64,000 nt of DNA, taken from NCBI RefSeq assembly GCF_037042905.1, contig NC_087245.1:25918001-25982000 (forward strand), written 5' to 3'. The stretch comes from Lytechinus pictus. Its lineage: Eukaryota. A program made the translations under genes and the position numbers. Shown piece by piece: positions 25,611 to 39,310 of the stretch; the stretch's first letter is position 1, and each line of letters opens with the position of its first letter. The notes beneath the pieces were generated by a model. That model was given only the letters and a program-made list of their open reading frames with translations. It made no database searches and had not been told where the DNA came from.

Positions 25611-27356
25611 ATGAGCTTCAATAATGATCCATGATTATCGCATAAGCGACAGTTAATTGCGTAAGTTAAATGGGGTGTCTGATGTTCACTATCTCTGCGT
25701 CTTCACTATATTTTCACGCCTACTCTCCCTTACATATCTAGAATCTAGTATATATATAAATATATATGAATAAACTGTTGGAACTAAGTACAATGCATTA
25801 CCACTTTGCCTCATTAATATATATATTTATATATATATATATATATATGAAGAAGACGGTGGACCGTCGAAAATTCGAGTGAATAACAAAAACTTTATGG
25901 GCAATCAAAGCATTATCATCAGCATTATTTTGTTATATATATATATATATATGTATCACATGCCCCCAAAAAGAAAGCATGGTCTTGGTGTACAGTTAAA
26001 CACTCTTGATTCTGTCTCCGCAATGGAAGCATAAACACACACTGAATCTTTCTCTATCTATCTTCACTGTCTTGATATTTTTCATCTTCTCATTTTAGTC
26101 GGCCTTTATAGTGCAATGTATTCCACCTTGAATTGGGTTATTTTCCAACTACCTCACAAATACAAAACATTAAAAAAACCTGTAGACCTTCATCCATCAC
26201 GTCAGTCGTATCACAGTATACCATTACTTATTGATGTTAACAGATATTATAGTATACTTTGGGATCAGAAATGTCCACCTGTACCTTAAGATGGAAGCCA
26301 GTAAGAGAATTCCCTTTCCTTCCCCCTCACTCCCTCCCCTTTCGAAGAAAGTAATTTAGAGAGAGCTACTAAATATCATCTGATGTAAAGGTGCACGGGG
26401 GAGAGCGTAGGGTTAATAGTACACAAAATAGTATTTGGTGAATGTGGAGGAGAGCAAGAGGGTGGGATAAGATATCTAATACAAGAAAAATTGATGAGAA
26501 TGCATGGGGCAGTATATGCTTTTTGTGGGCGTGCCGGTGTGGTAGAAAATTTGGAACGGGGCCCGCCAGTCCAAAACGGCTAGTAAATTTGGGCTGCCAG
26601 TACCAAACGGCTAGACGATCGGGGCTGCCGGATCCAAAAGACTGGTTGAAATTTTTGCCGATACGAACGGAAAGCCGCCGTTTGGTTCCGTATTCGTTAG
26701 AAGGTTCGAATGTAGTAAATATATTCTATAAATATCTGCTTTGGTGAAATGTTTCAATATATATATTGGTGTGATTTTTAACGTAATGTCATCACAATTA
26801 TTTCTATAATTCGGTCTAAAATTAAAAATGTTGGTCTAGGTACACGATGCGATGTACCACTACCTTTTTTGCGCACGTGCAGCGCTGGACTGCCTGGACA
26901 GTTGACACGGTACCGTACTGTACCACGTCTCTTTTTTGGAGTAGGGTCTACTCTAACGTTAGTTTTTAAACATTTGTTTTTTAACTTTTTTGATTGTAAA
27001 CATGGACCGTGATTTTGTTATCCAAAGCGAGGACATCTCGCATTACCTAAGGCATGGGGGTCAGTGATCAGTGAAATGACGATACAAATCTTGTAGCTTC
27101 TTTCGTGTTTTTTTTTTTTGCTTGTCAATTTTGTTTCCTGCGTCCCCCCTAAATTCAGGTGGACCGCCCTAAAATTGTTAAAAATCGTTATGGTCCCCCC
27201 TAAAATTTTGTTTGTTAACCTTTTTTTTTTTTGCTTGTCAAATTTTTTCCTGTGTCCAACCATAAATTCCAGGTAGACCCCCCCCCCCTAAATTTGTTGG
27301 CTTCCGCCGCCAATGAGAAGCTATACGACCAATTTTGAGTCATTCATTCACTTCTA

Positions 27357-27406
<50 letters not shown>

Positions 27407-27433
27407 CCTACATGTGTGTTATTAAATGCCAGC

Positions 27434-27612
27434 CAGGTGCGGATCCAGGAATTTCCAGGGGGGCACTTTTTCCAGAAAAATTTGACAAGCAAAAATAAAA
27501 AAAAAAGGGTTAGCACTTGCACATATACGGTACTTTCGACCACTTTTTTGTGGCTCTCAAAATGGGGGAGGCATGAGCCGTGTGTGCCCCTTCCCCCCGG
27601 ATCCGCGCCAAA
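27434..27612. mobile_element. Short non-autonomous DNA element with GC-rich TIRs
   Basis: CAGGTGCGGATCCAGG ... CCGGATCCGCGCC inverted ends; related C-run-rich fragments at about 27100-27315. Confidence 0.6.
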
Positions 27613-30600
27613 GCACCCCCTCCCTCGAGCTTAAGGTCAGATTGGTGCCCCCTCATAACGGGTCAAGTTGATGCCCCCTAAGTTTAAGTTCAATTTGCCC
27701 ACCCCCTCCCCCCATGTGACACATGAATGCGCTCCCGGTCAAACATCAAATTGGCACCCCGAAGGTCGAGCATCATTTCTGCTCCTCGCTAGGTCAAACT
27801 TCAAATTGCGGGCGCGCCCATGCATGCTCTTTTATTATTATTATTTCATCTCCCCTCTTTTCCCACTTCATTTTCCTTCTCCCCCCCCCCCCCCTTATTC
27901 CCTCTTCCTTTTCTCATATACTTTTCCCCATTTTTTGCGATCTCTTCTTCCTACTTTTTTTTTCTCTCCCTTTTATTTTCATATATTTCCTCCTTTTTCG
28001 ACTACCCGGGTGCCGTGCCCCAACCCCCCCCCCCCCAAAAAAAAATATATAAATAAATAAATATGCGTATAGTGTGTGTCTCAATGAGGTGTCACTGAAA
28101 GTTCCCTGTGTGTTTGGCAGCCTTATTGTTGGACTTAGTTTTCTTGTATTGATATATTCATTTTGATTTCTACTTGATTACTTTGGGGGTTCGAAGAGCA
28201 TGCAGCAGTGTTTACCCCCCCCCCCCCCCCATCACCCTAGTCGCCAATCCCATCCTATTTCTTGCTTGGTTATGTAGACCAAGACAAACCAGCCATATTG
28301 GTGGATATATCGAAGTTCACACCCCGAATAGCACAGGCGCACAAAGGGAGCACGCAGTGTGAATAGGGCTTCATGACTCCACACAGCAGCCGTCCCCGGA
28401 TGTTTAATTAATTGAAAGAGTGCTAAAAAATGCATACAACTCCCTAAATAACTTGAGATTCTCAAATTGGCAACTGTATCTGTTCTGTGGGTGTGGTTGA
28501 CTTGGAGGAGCCAATTGGTTGAAAAGGACGACTGGAATATCACATTCTTGCTGTAGGGGTGATAATGGTGCATGAACAGCGTATTGGAACAAATCGCCTG
28601 GTCGGAACAAATCGACTATGACGATCGCATCACACAACAAAATTCGGAACTAATCGGCGGGTAAAAGGGCCGCCGATAAGTACCTCCGGCCCCGATCGGC
28701 TGCCCGGTCCAAATTGGCTATGACACCGGCTGACTAAAATGTGCCGTTGACGTGTATGTTCGTATATGTTTTGTAATAGTTATTGAGATGACGGTGTAGC
28801 TGTATCCACGTGGTTGTAGCCATTTGGTCTACCAGCAGATGGTCTGATTCTAGTCTGCTGGAGTGCTGGGCAAACCCTTCACTCGAGTAAAGGGTCTGAA
28901 TCGCAGCCTACTCATGCCTTGTGTACTGAAGCAAGTTTTGTATGTGTTTGTCTTTGCGTGGAGACACACATTGATCAAAGTTTCAATCAGAGTCTATGCC
29001 TGCAGACTAGTCTAATTCACAGATTGTCAAAGACCCCTGTGATATACATGCATCTGAAGGAGGACTGCATGAAGCAACCTCAGGAGGTGGCCCAACAAAA
29101 TGTTTGACACTAACTTTGTTGAAATACGGCCACCTAAATCTCATGGCAGAAATAATTTGATCCCCTACCAATTTGACTAATAAACTTTTGGTCTATTAAT
29201 AATAATACAATAATAGTGAATGCGATTTCTAAAGCGCCAAACCAATTGTAATCTAAATGCTCAAGGCGCATAGATGAAATGGGAGAAACAAAACAATATG
29301 CAGAGTGGCGCATATAATCACTTGGCCTAACCTCAATTATAAGTGTAACACCTAAATGGTCTATTTTGGTTCATAAACATTTTTATCTATTCATAAAGAC
29401 TAAGTTAGTAATTTGACAACGGGCTATAAAAGTTACAATTACTATAAATGAAAAGAAGACTTACTGCCATTTGACCATATGGAATGAGACAACAAAATAA
29501 TAGAAAGTCATATCAATAGGAATAGGCAAAGTTGTGAAAAAGTGACACTTTACTCTAGGAGCATGTTGTCAACATTTTTTTCGTCCGACAAGTTGTCTGA
29601 TCTGAAAACTTCCATTGGTTCTAATTTGCTGAAAAGCACTGTTACTATGGTAATTGTCGGATAAAATAATAAATGAAACGTCCGTCTATTCTTTCAATGA
29701 AATGCTCCTCCGGTGAGTCTTTCCATGTGAGAGGTATATACAATGAGCAATGATCACTAATGGAGCCCTATTTTACTTCCTTTGATCAGGAGCCCAATTG
29801 TTTTAAAGATATCCTAGTTGATAAGAAATCAACCATCTATCATGAAAGCAACAGACTTTATATTATACAGTTATAATTCCAAATGGTTGCGTGAGTTATA
29901 AACGGATGGAGGGGGGTTACACTGTTAACTGATAATAAAAGTGACACAAAATCTATCATCTTATTAGGTAGTTAAGTGGGAAGTGTGCGTGTATGGATAC
30001 AAATCATGACTCAGTACACTAAATGCAAAAATATTTAATATCTTTATAGTTCTTTCATCATCATTTCCACTGTCACGTTTGCTATCAGTATTATCCTAAT
30101 ATACATGCATTTACATAATCTGACTGGCATTAATTCACTACTCCTGGGTCGTGTGCACTATATCATATTCTTGCTGAGGGAAACTTACAACACCGTGGTT
30201 CGCATTAAAAATAAAGGACCTTCCATCAAGAGATGAGAGACAGAATCACGAGCCATGTATAGGTGCATCCATGATGCATACCAAACATGTCACCAACTTA
30301 CCATTTTTTGCCTGCATTACGGAGTAGAGTACATGTTAGCTCTCGCTTTGCATGTCGGATGCTTCTAAGTCCTTCCAGGACTCACGACGGCCTCAAGAAC
30401 AGAGAAAATATATTATCATATGCCCTCATGACAAAGATCATCCAAGAAGTGTTTGTCGAAAACTGGTGAATTAAAAAACGGCAATTTCGTTCTTTGACTC
30501 TTGACAAACAACATATTTGCCCTTTTCGACATCTCCGAAAGTGTGGACGAAACTGCTACTCTGATTCTCCACAGACCAGAGCTCCCTGCTGTCCTTTGTC

Positions 30601-33128
30601 GTTTGACCGCCATTTTCAATACATTTACTCTGTTCTTGAGCCCGTCTTGCGTGGTGGAGCGAAAATGCCCTCACGACAGTTTTGCTGTGTATAAGCGTTC
30701 TATTATGACCATTGAGTTTTCACCACGTCATACTTTTTCTTCGCCCCAAAAATCTGAAGGATTTATTTCCAGCGCGGAAATACTTGAGTACCCGACGCGT
30801 GACTCGTCATCATAGATAAAACTGTAGTTGTCAGCCGTCGAATAGCATCTATCGTCAAAATGTAAAGCTTCTTAATATTCGTTATACGTCCATAAGTAAT
30901 GAGAAGGTTAAGTTAGGCAAGCGGAATGAAATTGATTGAATTCCGCTGATTCGAACGAGGGCAATTTTGATATGAAAAGAAGGAGATTCATTGAGTATGG
31001 TGTGTTATAATAAGTAGAGTAATTCTTGGCATGGGATTGTAAGGAAGGAACTAATTCTTGTAAGTTATGCAAAAAGCGCTGATGGGTTCTAAAGTTAACA
31101 ATGGGGTTCGCAAAAAATCCACTTGATTTTGAACTTCCAATGGGAACATCGTTCTTCTGATGAGGTTATTATTTTCGTACGCCCAATACCAGCATGACCA
31201 GTCTCGAATTTTTTTTATAGAAATATTGATTCAATGGCAATATAAATCATAAATCTCATGGACGTTTTGCGTTAGAAATAAGACACCGATGAAGGTTCTC
31301 AAATAAGCGCCATGTTCATCTCATAATTTACTTACCAGAGTCGAACAAAATGAAATTACATTCTTACAAAATATAATATTTGAGTATGTTCCGATCATTT
31401 GCGTACATCTTAATTTCCTGTCACTTAATCAATGATTTACCATTTTCGATGTAAGGTATTTTGCTTGCGCATGTTTCAGCATTTTTTGTTGGTGTATTTT
31501 TTGCGGTTGAAAAAAAGTATTCACTCATGAAAGGACTTACACATTTTAGCATTGATAAGAATATTAAGAAAGAAATCAAACAGTTTCCGTGATACGATTT
31601 TCTGATGCAGGGGTTTTAAACACCTATTATTCATGCGTTCTTTTATCCAGCCACCTTGTTTACAGATTCAGATTAGCGCATACCTTACTCGGCGGTGTCG
31701 AGCATGGGATCAAAGGAAAGCAACTTGAACCAGCTCCTTCCTTACACATGTAAATATAGCAGATCCTTGTATATTATTAGTTATAGACCAATTCGGTATC
31801 GGAGCCGTTTATGGCAATTTCTTATAAGGAGGCTTCAAGTATGCCTGACAAAAAAAATATTTATGACATACAAACACACCCGGTGCATTGCATTACTGAT
31901 TGAAAGTAAACTGTTCTTCTTTGGAAGAAACCTTTTGGCTTAATCTGTGAGTGTATTACGAAGACTTGTGTTGCGAACGTTGGAAAGATGAACACTTACT
32001 AATTTGTATTTGTTATTCTTACGCACATTTCACACTCTATTCTTTAACAAAACAATGACTAGTTTTATATACATGGTATGTGAGCTTTTCATTATGATAA
32101 AATTTGACAATATCTAATTCTGCTTGAAAATAAAATACAGTGACAACCTCTAAAAGAGGTGTGTACTACAAGTTGTAGAAAGAACCTCGCAGAAAGTTTA
32201 TGGTAATTCATGCAAATTACTCAATGGCACATTTCTTACAGCAGCGGTTTTTCTGTGGGTGTCATTTGAATATACAGAAATACAGACAGATTATATAGAG
32301 TCAGAGTAAGATTCTTTCAGAAAAGGGAATGAGCTCTAATTTCAAGGGCTGACTTACAAATGCAAGGTTGGAAAGGGTGATATGGTAAAGAATGTTTGTA
32401 CACCACTTAATCAAAATGACCTGATTAAAAAGGTGGAGAGCCTGGAATTATACGAACATATGTATGAAAAAAACTGATGTTTCTCTTTGCAAACTTTACA
32501 TCTATGATTCTATGGCATATCTAGATCACGGCGTTAACTTTCAGTTTTCAATGACAAAACAAAAATCAGCATGCATATGGTGTGGCGTCATTTCATAAAC
32601 TATCGTATTCATCTTAGATATCGTAAACCTACCTCTTCTAATAACTGCAAATATACACCTACACAACACACATACATACACCCCACAATAACACAATCAT
32701 TTGTTAATCTTCTGAAATAAAAATGTTTGATTTCTTCGATATTCATGATTAATGTCATTAGATTCCGACATGTTTTCGTCTTCTCCAGTGTTATTCCATT
32801 TATTTTATGAGGAACGTCTTGGGTGTATCATCTCTTCGCACGCACACTTATGCCCCCTCTCAATCACCACTTAACCAGCTTACGATATAAAAAAACGTCA
32901 TAATTAAACTATTTTCACAAGGCTATCGTTCACCTGTGTTTAGAAAAGGCAATTCTTCCAAATGCTCCCACTATTGAGCGTTCTTGTGAAAGCTTTCATA
33001 TACATAATTTTTCTGCTGAAGTACAACCTTGATGCATATTTGAGATGAGTTTATCGCAAAATAAAGGTGTAACACAAGAATAAAGAAAAGGTAAACCATA
33101 AAATAAAGTTATGGTTTGCTATGCTTAC

Positions 33129-33995
33129 CTCGTACGGGATGACTGTAATTACAAAGACAAGTGTAATGCCAACCATAAGACGGGAGAATTCAGCAGAGAC
33201 TCCTCGAATCATGTCTACTTGTTTGATATACTCATCTCTGTTCCGAGGACACACCATGTCGATCCTTTGTCGCATCTGCCTCATACAGCGTATCACAAAC
33301 ACATTGCAAAATACTAAAATCACAATGTTAGCAAGACTTTCGACAACTGTAAGAATGTCATAGGCTGTGTATATTACCGATGTCCAATTCATCGTAGAAT
33401 TTTTGTATGTAAAACAATAGTAAGCTGCTGATAGGTTGCATGCATGGGATTCGGCGTTGACTTGTCCAGTTATTTGTAGAGAAGCCATAGCAAAGGAATA
33501 GAAGATGAGAACAAAGATGGCGATGAATATACGCTGTAACGTCACGCTCTTATCATAGAAGAATGGCTTTAAAAGACTGAGGTAACGCTCGACACCCATG
33601 AATATGACAACAAACCCTGATAACCGAAGACACATGGTGCTCACAAAGTTAGAATAGAGAAGACTTCCTGAGCCTCCCATCCAAGAACCGCAGAGAATAT
33701 TCACTATCCAGACACTTTCACCAAACAACAACCGTGTCAGGTCCGTAGCACATAAAACCAATACTAAGACGTTAGGTATGTTATAACTAGTAGGGGTATG
33801 TTCCTGTTTCCGACTGAACCATATCAAGATTAGCGCTCCTAGATTAGCTGTAACACCAATAACCATGCCAAGACTTATTCGAATAGAATCCGTTAAAGGG
33901 TAACACACTGGTATATCCTCACCGAACAATGTTGGCAGAATAACGACTCCAGGTGGATAGTTTTCCATCGAGTAACACGAATCATCTACAGCCAT
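33129..33995 (-). CDS. Prostanoid-receptor-like class A GPCR, first coding exon (N-terminus to TM6)
   Basis: ATG at 33995; 289 codons with six hydrophobic segments and motifs GVTANLGALILI, LCATDL and MGVERYLSLLKPFFY. Strong donor GAG|GTAAGC at 33129/33128 at the end of TM6, the intron position known for prostanoid receptor genes. Phase 0 matches exon 3343-3612. Confidence 0.9.
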
Positions 33996-36083
33996 TTTAT
34001 ATCCCGTTTTTTTTAAAGATCACAATATCATATCCATTTCAAACTGCTAATGGCTCAATTTGATTACAGAGGTGTGTATCCTCCAAATGCTATTTGAACA
34101 ATGGTTACTCGACGTGATTTCTTCGTAGAAATCACGAGGTCATGATCATGATCATAATTTATCCACGATGCAAAATGATATAAAGTAATATCCTTATTCC
34201 ATTTCTTGGTGTTTCTTTCTCAACTTCAAAAGCATGCACAATCATCCAAGAAAGGCCTTCGTTACTTCATCAGATGATAATCCAATTCCAATCTTAATTC
34301 ATCTGCGATGTTGTATTTTATTTTTGTTCATAAAATCATTTTCTTCCGGAATGCGTTTGGAAGGAGCACGCCTCACCTTCGGAGTCGATTACATTTTTCT
34401 AATTCCCTCAAATCGCATTCTAATATTGATCCATTTTATGATGTATTACAGTTGTGCCGTCTGGCTGTACGGGCAAATATTTGTCCAAGCAACCATTGCA
34501 TGCGTAAGCTAAGAAGGAGCAGCATTTATTTCCTGGGGGAAAATATCGATCGATATTATCGATGACATGAAGAAGTTATACTAAAATCCAATTACAATAT
34601 TTAAGCAATGCAGGCTATCAGGAGGTGCGCTGATTCCAACCGACTCTTCCAAAATGCTTTTTTCGGTAATTTCCGTTTTATTCTCCTTTCAATAAATCCA
34701 ATATCAGCTTTTTCTGGCTGTGTTTATCTTGATTCGAATGCTATTATTACCGTTGCCCTCCAGTATTCAATCAAGATCATATGTACCGAGATTTGTAGCC
34801 TATCGGTTATATCTCCGTTTGGTGATCAGCGTTTCAACACAAAAAAACGAACCAAATTTTTCTGAACGGTCCGTACATAAAACTCAGCTATCACTACGAA
34901 GGTTAATTGTAGATTTAAACATTCTTTATTGATTTAACAAAATGCATTTAGATGTGATGAAACTTCAACTTGCAAATGCAAAGAGGATGTCAACAGGCGA
35001 TAGAAGAGAGCACGCTCGACCTAGCATCCTTTCTCTTCGGATGTCGTCACGTATTATGGGGATTCTTTATGTGATTTCACTATAGAAGCTCACTCACGCG
35101 TCCTCATTTCATTAATGAGTATCCAAACCTGTTTCTTGTAGTTGGTGGCCAGTGCTTGATTGCAGGCCATTCACATATAACTCTGCAACAACTAACGAAA
35201 TTTATGCTCATTCATTTTGAAAATATATTAAAATAATATTATTTCAATTGATCATGTTAAATCAACACGTTACGCATTATTTTATTAAGCATTCAAACGT
35301 ATACCATTTCCCACGTATCAATTATTTTGATGATGATTGACTACTAAATACTTTCACGTTAAATGCTAATATCGTAATGCCCCGTGGATCTTCAGGTATT
35401 ATTTTATATTTTTTTCATATAAAAAAGAAAAATACGTTTAGGTTTGAGTGTCATAAGAAATGTGCAACTAAATTCACTTAAACCAACGTTTCTGGAAATG
35501 CGAGATGCATTGGATTGTTAGATAGACCAATAGACAGAGAAACAAAGTGAATAGAAAGGTAGGTAGATTTGTAAAATTGTTAGGACTTACTTCCATCAGG
35601 GACATTTTCTTATATTTTACAATCAACAGGTGGCGACTGCGTTCCAGAAACCATTCCATTGTTAATATCATCTCAATCCGTTTCATATTATAAAAGCATG
35701 AGTTGTAAAAACTTCCCGCTCGTTCAATTAAACCATGATTAAACTCACGTGTGAAGTGTATGAAACTGGAACACACGTCCCCACTTTGACAATAAGTGAG
35801 TCCCCGATTGTCAAGTATACTAACAAGACTGTGAACGGGTGTTTTTAAAGGGTATGTGGATGTGCAGGTGGGTGTGAGAGGGTGTGTGTGTGTGTGATTG
35901 AGTACTTACACACGTGTATGAATCAGATATGCTCATTTACGTCTGGACCGACATTTACCGTCACCATCCAATAGACTAGCTCGAACTTCAAACCTCTGCA
36001 TCAATTCGTAACGTCGTAACCAAGTATAGCTTGTATTACAGGCACCCACCAGAACACCTAGTCGTTGTGTGTACAGTCGTATG

Positions 36084-39000
36084 GATTGATTGATTGATTG
36101 ATTGATTGATTTTATTTGGCAAGTCACCATAACATATATACAGTAGCATTAAAACAACAGGCTTGCACAGGATGACCCACGAAAGCTCGAAAGCTTATTT
36201 CCAGTGGGGTCCTCAATATACAGAATTAAGATAATAAAATGTTAAAATTATACTATTTACATATTAAAAATGAAGAAAAAAAATCAGAATTTACTATTAC
36301 CAATAAATAAGATATATAGACAATAAATAAGATATATACAATAATATAACGAAGAAGAAGAAGAAAAGAAGGAGAAGGAAGAGGAGGAACAGAAGAAGAG
36401 AGGGGACGAGGAGTAGAAGGAGACGGAAGAAACTGATAACGAAGGGAAATAAATAAGGAGAAGAACAACAGCAAAAACGTGACGACAATAACAACAAGAA
36501 GAGGAGAATAGGAAGAGATAAAAGAAATAGAAAGAATAGAAGAAAGGACATATCGAAGCTTCAATCAAACTATGTAAAATACATAATAATACCTAGTAGA
36601 GAAGAGAAAAGAACTAGGTCAGTATTCAGGCTAAATCAACCGTACAACATATCATTTGCATCTTCTTTTTGACTCTCAAGTGAAAGATATTCTTTCAATT
36701 TCCTCTTAAAATGCAAAAAGTTTCCTATTTCCTTTATATCATTGGGAAGGGAATTCCAATGTTTTATAGCATTGTAATAAAATGAGTTACCAATACTACC
36801 TATCCTTTCTGGTAAGCAAAAAATGAAATGGCTGTTTCTTGTATTATAGTTATGTATTTCGGTAACTAGATTAAAGTTTGATCCAATGTAATGACTCGAT
36901 CTATTGTGATAGATTTTATGCACGTGGTGCAAAATAAGCTGTTTTGATCTTTTGTTGACTTCAAGAAAACCTGCTCCAGAGAGTTCGGTGTAGCCAACAT
37001 GGGTTCTGGGACCAGAACAGCTAATGAATCTAACCATTTTATTCTGTATAATTTTCAACTTCTTTTTATCGAGTTCGCTTATGCCACTAAACCAAGCAGG
37101 GTTGGCATAGTCAAATAAACTCTGAATAAGAGCAAAACAGAGAATACGCCTTGCTTTTTGATGCATACAACTTTGATACCTGTACAAAAATTTCAAACGG
37201 GCATTCGCCTTTTTTACGATTGATTCTACTAAAGATGAAAATGAAAGGGAGCTAGTCAAATCAATGCCTAAATACTTTACATATTCTTTCCTATGAATTA
37301 TCTTATTATTGTATGATACTTCAAATTCAAATGAAGTTTTATGATTACTTTTAGAACAAAACAGAATGCTTTCGGTTTTGCCTAAGTGTAACGATAATCT
37401 ATTATCAGTCATCCAATCGACACATGTAGACAGCTGTTCGCTAAGTTTTTCCTCAACAAATTTTGGGTTGGCATTTGAACAAAGTAGTACGCTATCATCT
37501 GCATACAATAATCATTTACAGTCAGCTTTTAAACAAATAGACATGTCATTGATATAAGTTGAAAATAGGATTGGGCCTAAAATACTTCCCTGTGGAACCC
37601 CACACGTTATAGGCATAATTTTGGAACAAATATCGCGAATAGCCACTACTTGATGTCGATTCGGCAAGTAGGATTTGAACCATGCTACAGTAGCCTGGTT
37701 AAAACCCATTATTTGTATTTTTTTTCAATAAGATGCCGTGATTAACTGTATCAAATGCTTTTTGAAGATCTAGGAGTACCATCCCAACGAATTGTCCCTT
37801 AGACATATTTGTTATCAGATAATCAGTCAAGTGAATAAGGCATGTCTCAGTCGAATAGTCATGTCGAAAACCTGACTGATATTCGTAAATCATATCATTT
37901 TCTTTAAAATATTTTTCGATCTGAACACATACCGCCTTTTCTAGAATTTTGGATACTATGCTCAAAACACTGATAGGTCTATAGTTTTCAACAGCAGTTT
38001 TATCTTCCTTCTTATGAATAGGAGTTACTTTTGCAATTTTCATATCCTCTGGGAAAGTGCTAGTAAAGATAGATAGATTTATTAAGAAATTTAATGGTTT
38101 GTACAAACTCTTTGCTCCTTCTTTTAGAAATTTAGCAGGTATCAAATCTAACCCAGTGCTTTTTGATACATTTAATTTACGCAACTCATTAAAAATGAAT
38201 TGATCACTAACAGGTAATAATTCAAATTTATCTTTGCTTATACCTTTTTTTCATAAAATTTACGAATGTTTTCACTGTTTGCACTGAAAATGTATTTGCA
38301 AGATGGAAGTTTATCTACCAACGTAGCTGCGACATTTGTAAAATAGGAATTGAATTCATTGGAAATGGTTATCTTATCATGACATAATTCTCCGTCAATT
38401 GAAACGACTAATTTTTGGTCCTTTCCATTTTTCTTTTTTAATCCCAAACTTTTTAGATTCTGCCAAAGTCTTTTAGAATCATTTTTATTTTCTTCTATTT
38501 TATTTTGTAGGTATTCTAATTTGGCCTTTTTCACCTCTCTTTGAACCATATTTCTTAATTTCTTGTATCTTTTGGAAAGCGTGTCATAATCCTGATCGCT
38601 TAGATTTTTCTTCATTTTTTTATACGCCACATTTCTTTCTCGAATAAGAGAAATAATATCTTTAGTCATCCAGTTTTCTGATCTCTGTTTAATTCTAATC
38701 CGTTTTTGAGGCGCTATCATATTCAACGTTGAAATAAAAGTATTTTGAAAAACTGACCAAGCCTTATTCACGTTAGTGCATTGGATTAAATCTGACCAAT
38801 CAACGGCAGACAGTTTAAGATTGAAAGATTCTTCGCTATATTTTTTCAACGATCTGATATCAGTGGTTCTGTGAACACCTATAGCCAGCCTAATTTTCTT
38901 TCGTGTACAGAAAGTAAAAGAATGGTCACTTATACCAAGATCAATAACACCACTTTGACTTATTTTTTGTTCGTTATTACAAATCACATGGTCCAATAAC

Positions 39001-39310
39001 GAAGAACATGTGTGAGTGACACGGGTTGCATCTTTGATGAGTTGGCTTAATCCATGAAGACTCAATAAGTCAGTATATTTTTTAGCCAGTGGAGATTTCT
39101 GAAAAAGACAAACATTCATATCGCCTAAAAGTATAATTTCATCATCTTTCTTTAATATATCGAGAATATTTGACATCTTCTCAATAAATTGATTGCTTTT
39201 CGGAGGCCTATAAATGACGCCAGCAATAATTGGTTTTGATCTTGGTAGAAGCAAATTAATCCACAGTGATTCAGAATCACCTGTACTTAAAACATCTATG
39301 ATATTGAATG
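36084..39310 (-). mobile_element. 5'-truncated non-LTR retrotransposon (L2/CR1 group): partial APE endonuclease, RT, 3' UTR and (ATCA)n tail
   Basis: ESLWINL, GVIYRPP, LGDMN, LLDHVI and ISDH (APE); NYRPISVL, LDLQKAFDTVNH, GVPQGSILGP, YADD and KYLG (RT); HWNSLP. Two frameshifts at A-runs and one in-frame TGA at 37512-37514. Ends AATAAA-(ATCA)n at about 36116-36084. Confidence 0.95.

Noticed and set aside
25313..25624. Poly-Asn and poly-Ile ORFs
   Set aside because: Trinucleotide microsatellite artefacts, as also at 63201-63498.
30416..30815. Several short overlapping ORFs as a small protein gene
   Set aside because: The homologous copy at 23360-23558 differs by frame-breaking indels and stops, and no domain is recognisable; kept only as a non-coding finding.
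33051..33128. C-terminal extension of the 314-aa ORF (VSIANHNFILWFTF...) as a seventh TM helix
   Set aside because: It starts exactly at a consensus GTAAGC donor and lacks any N/DPxxY motif, so it is intron read-through.
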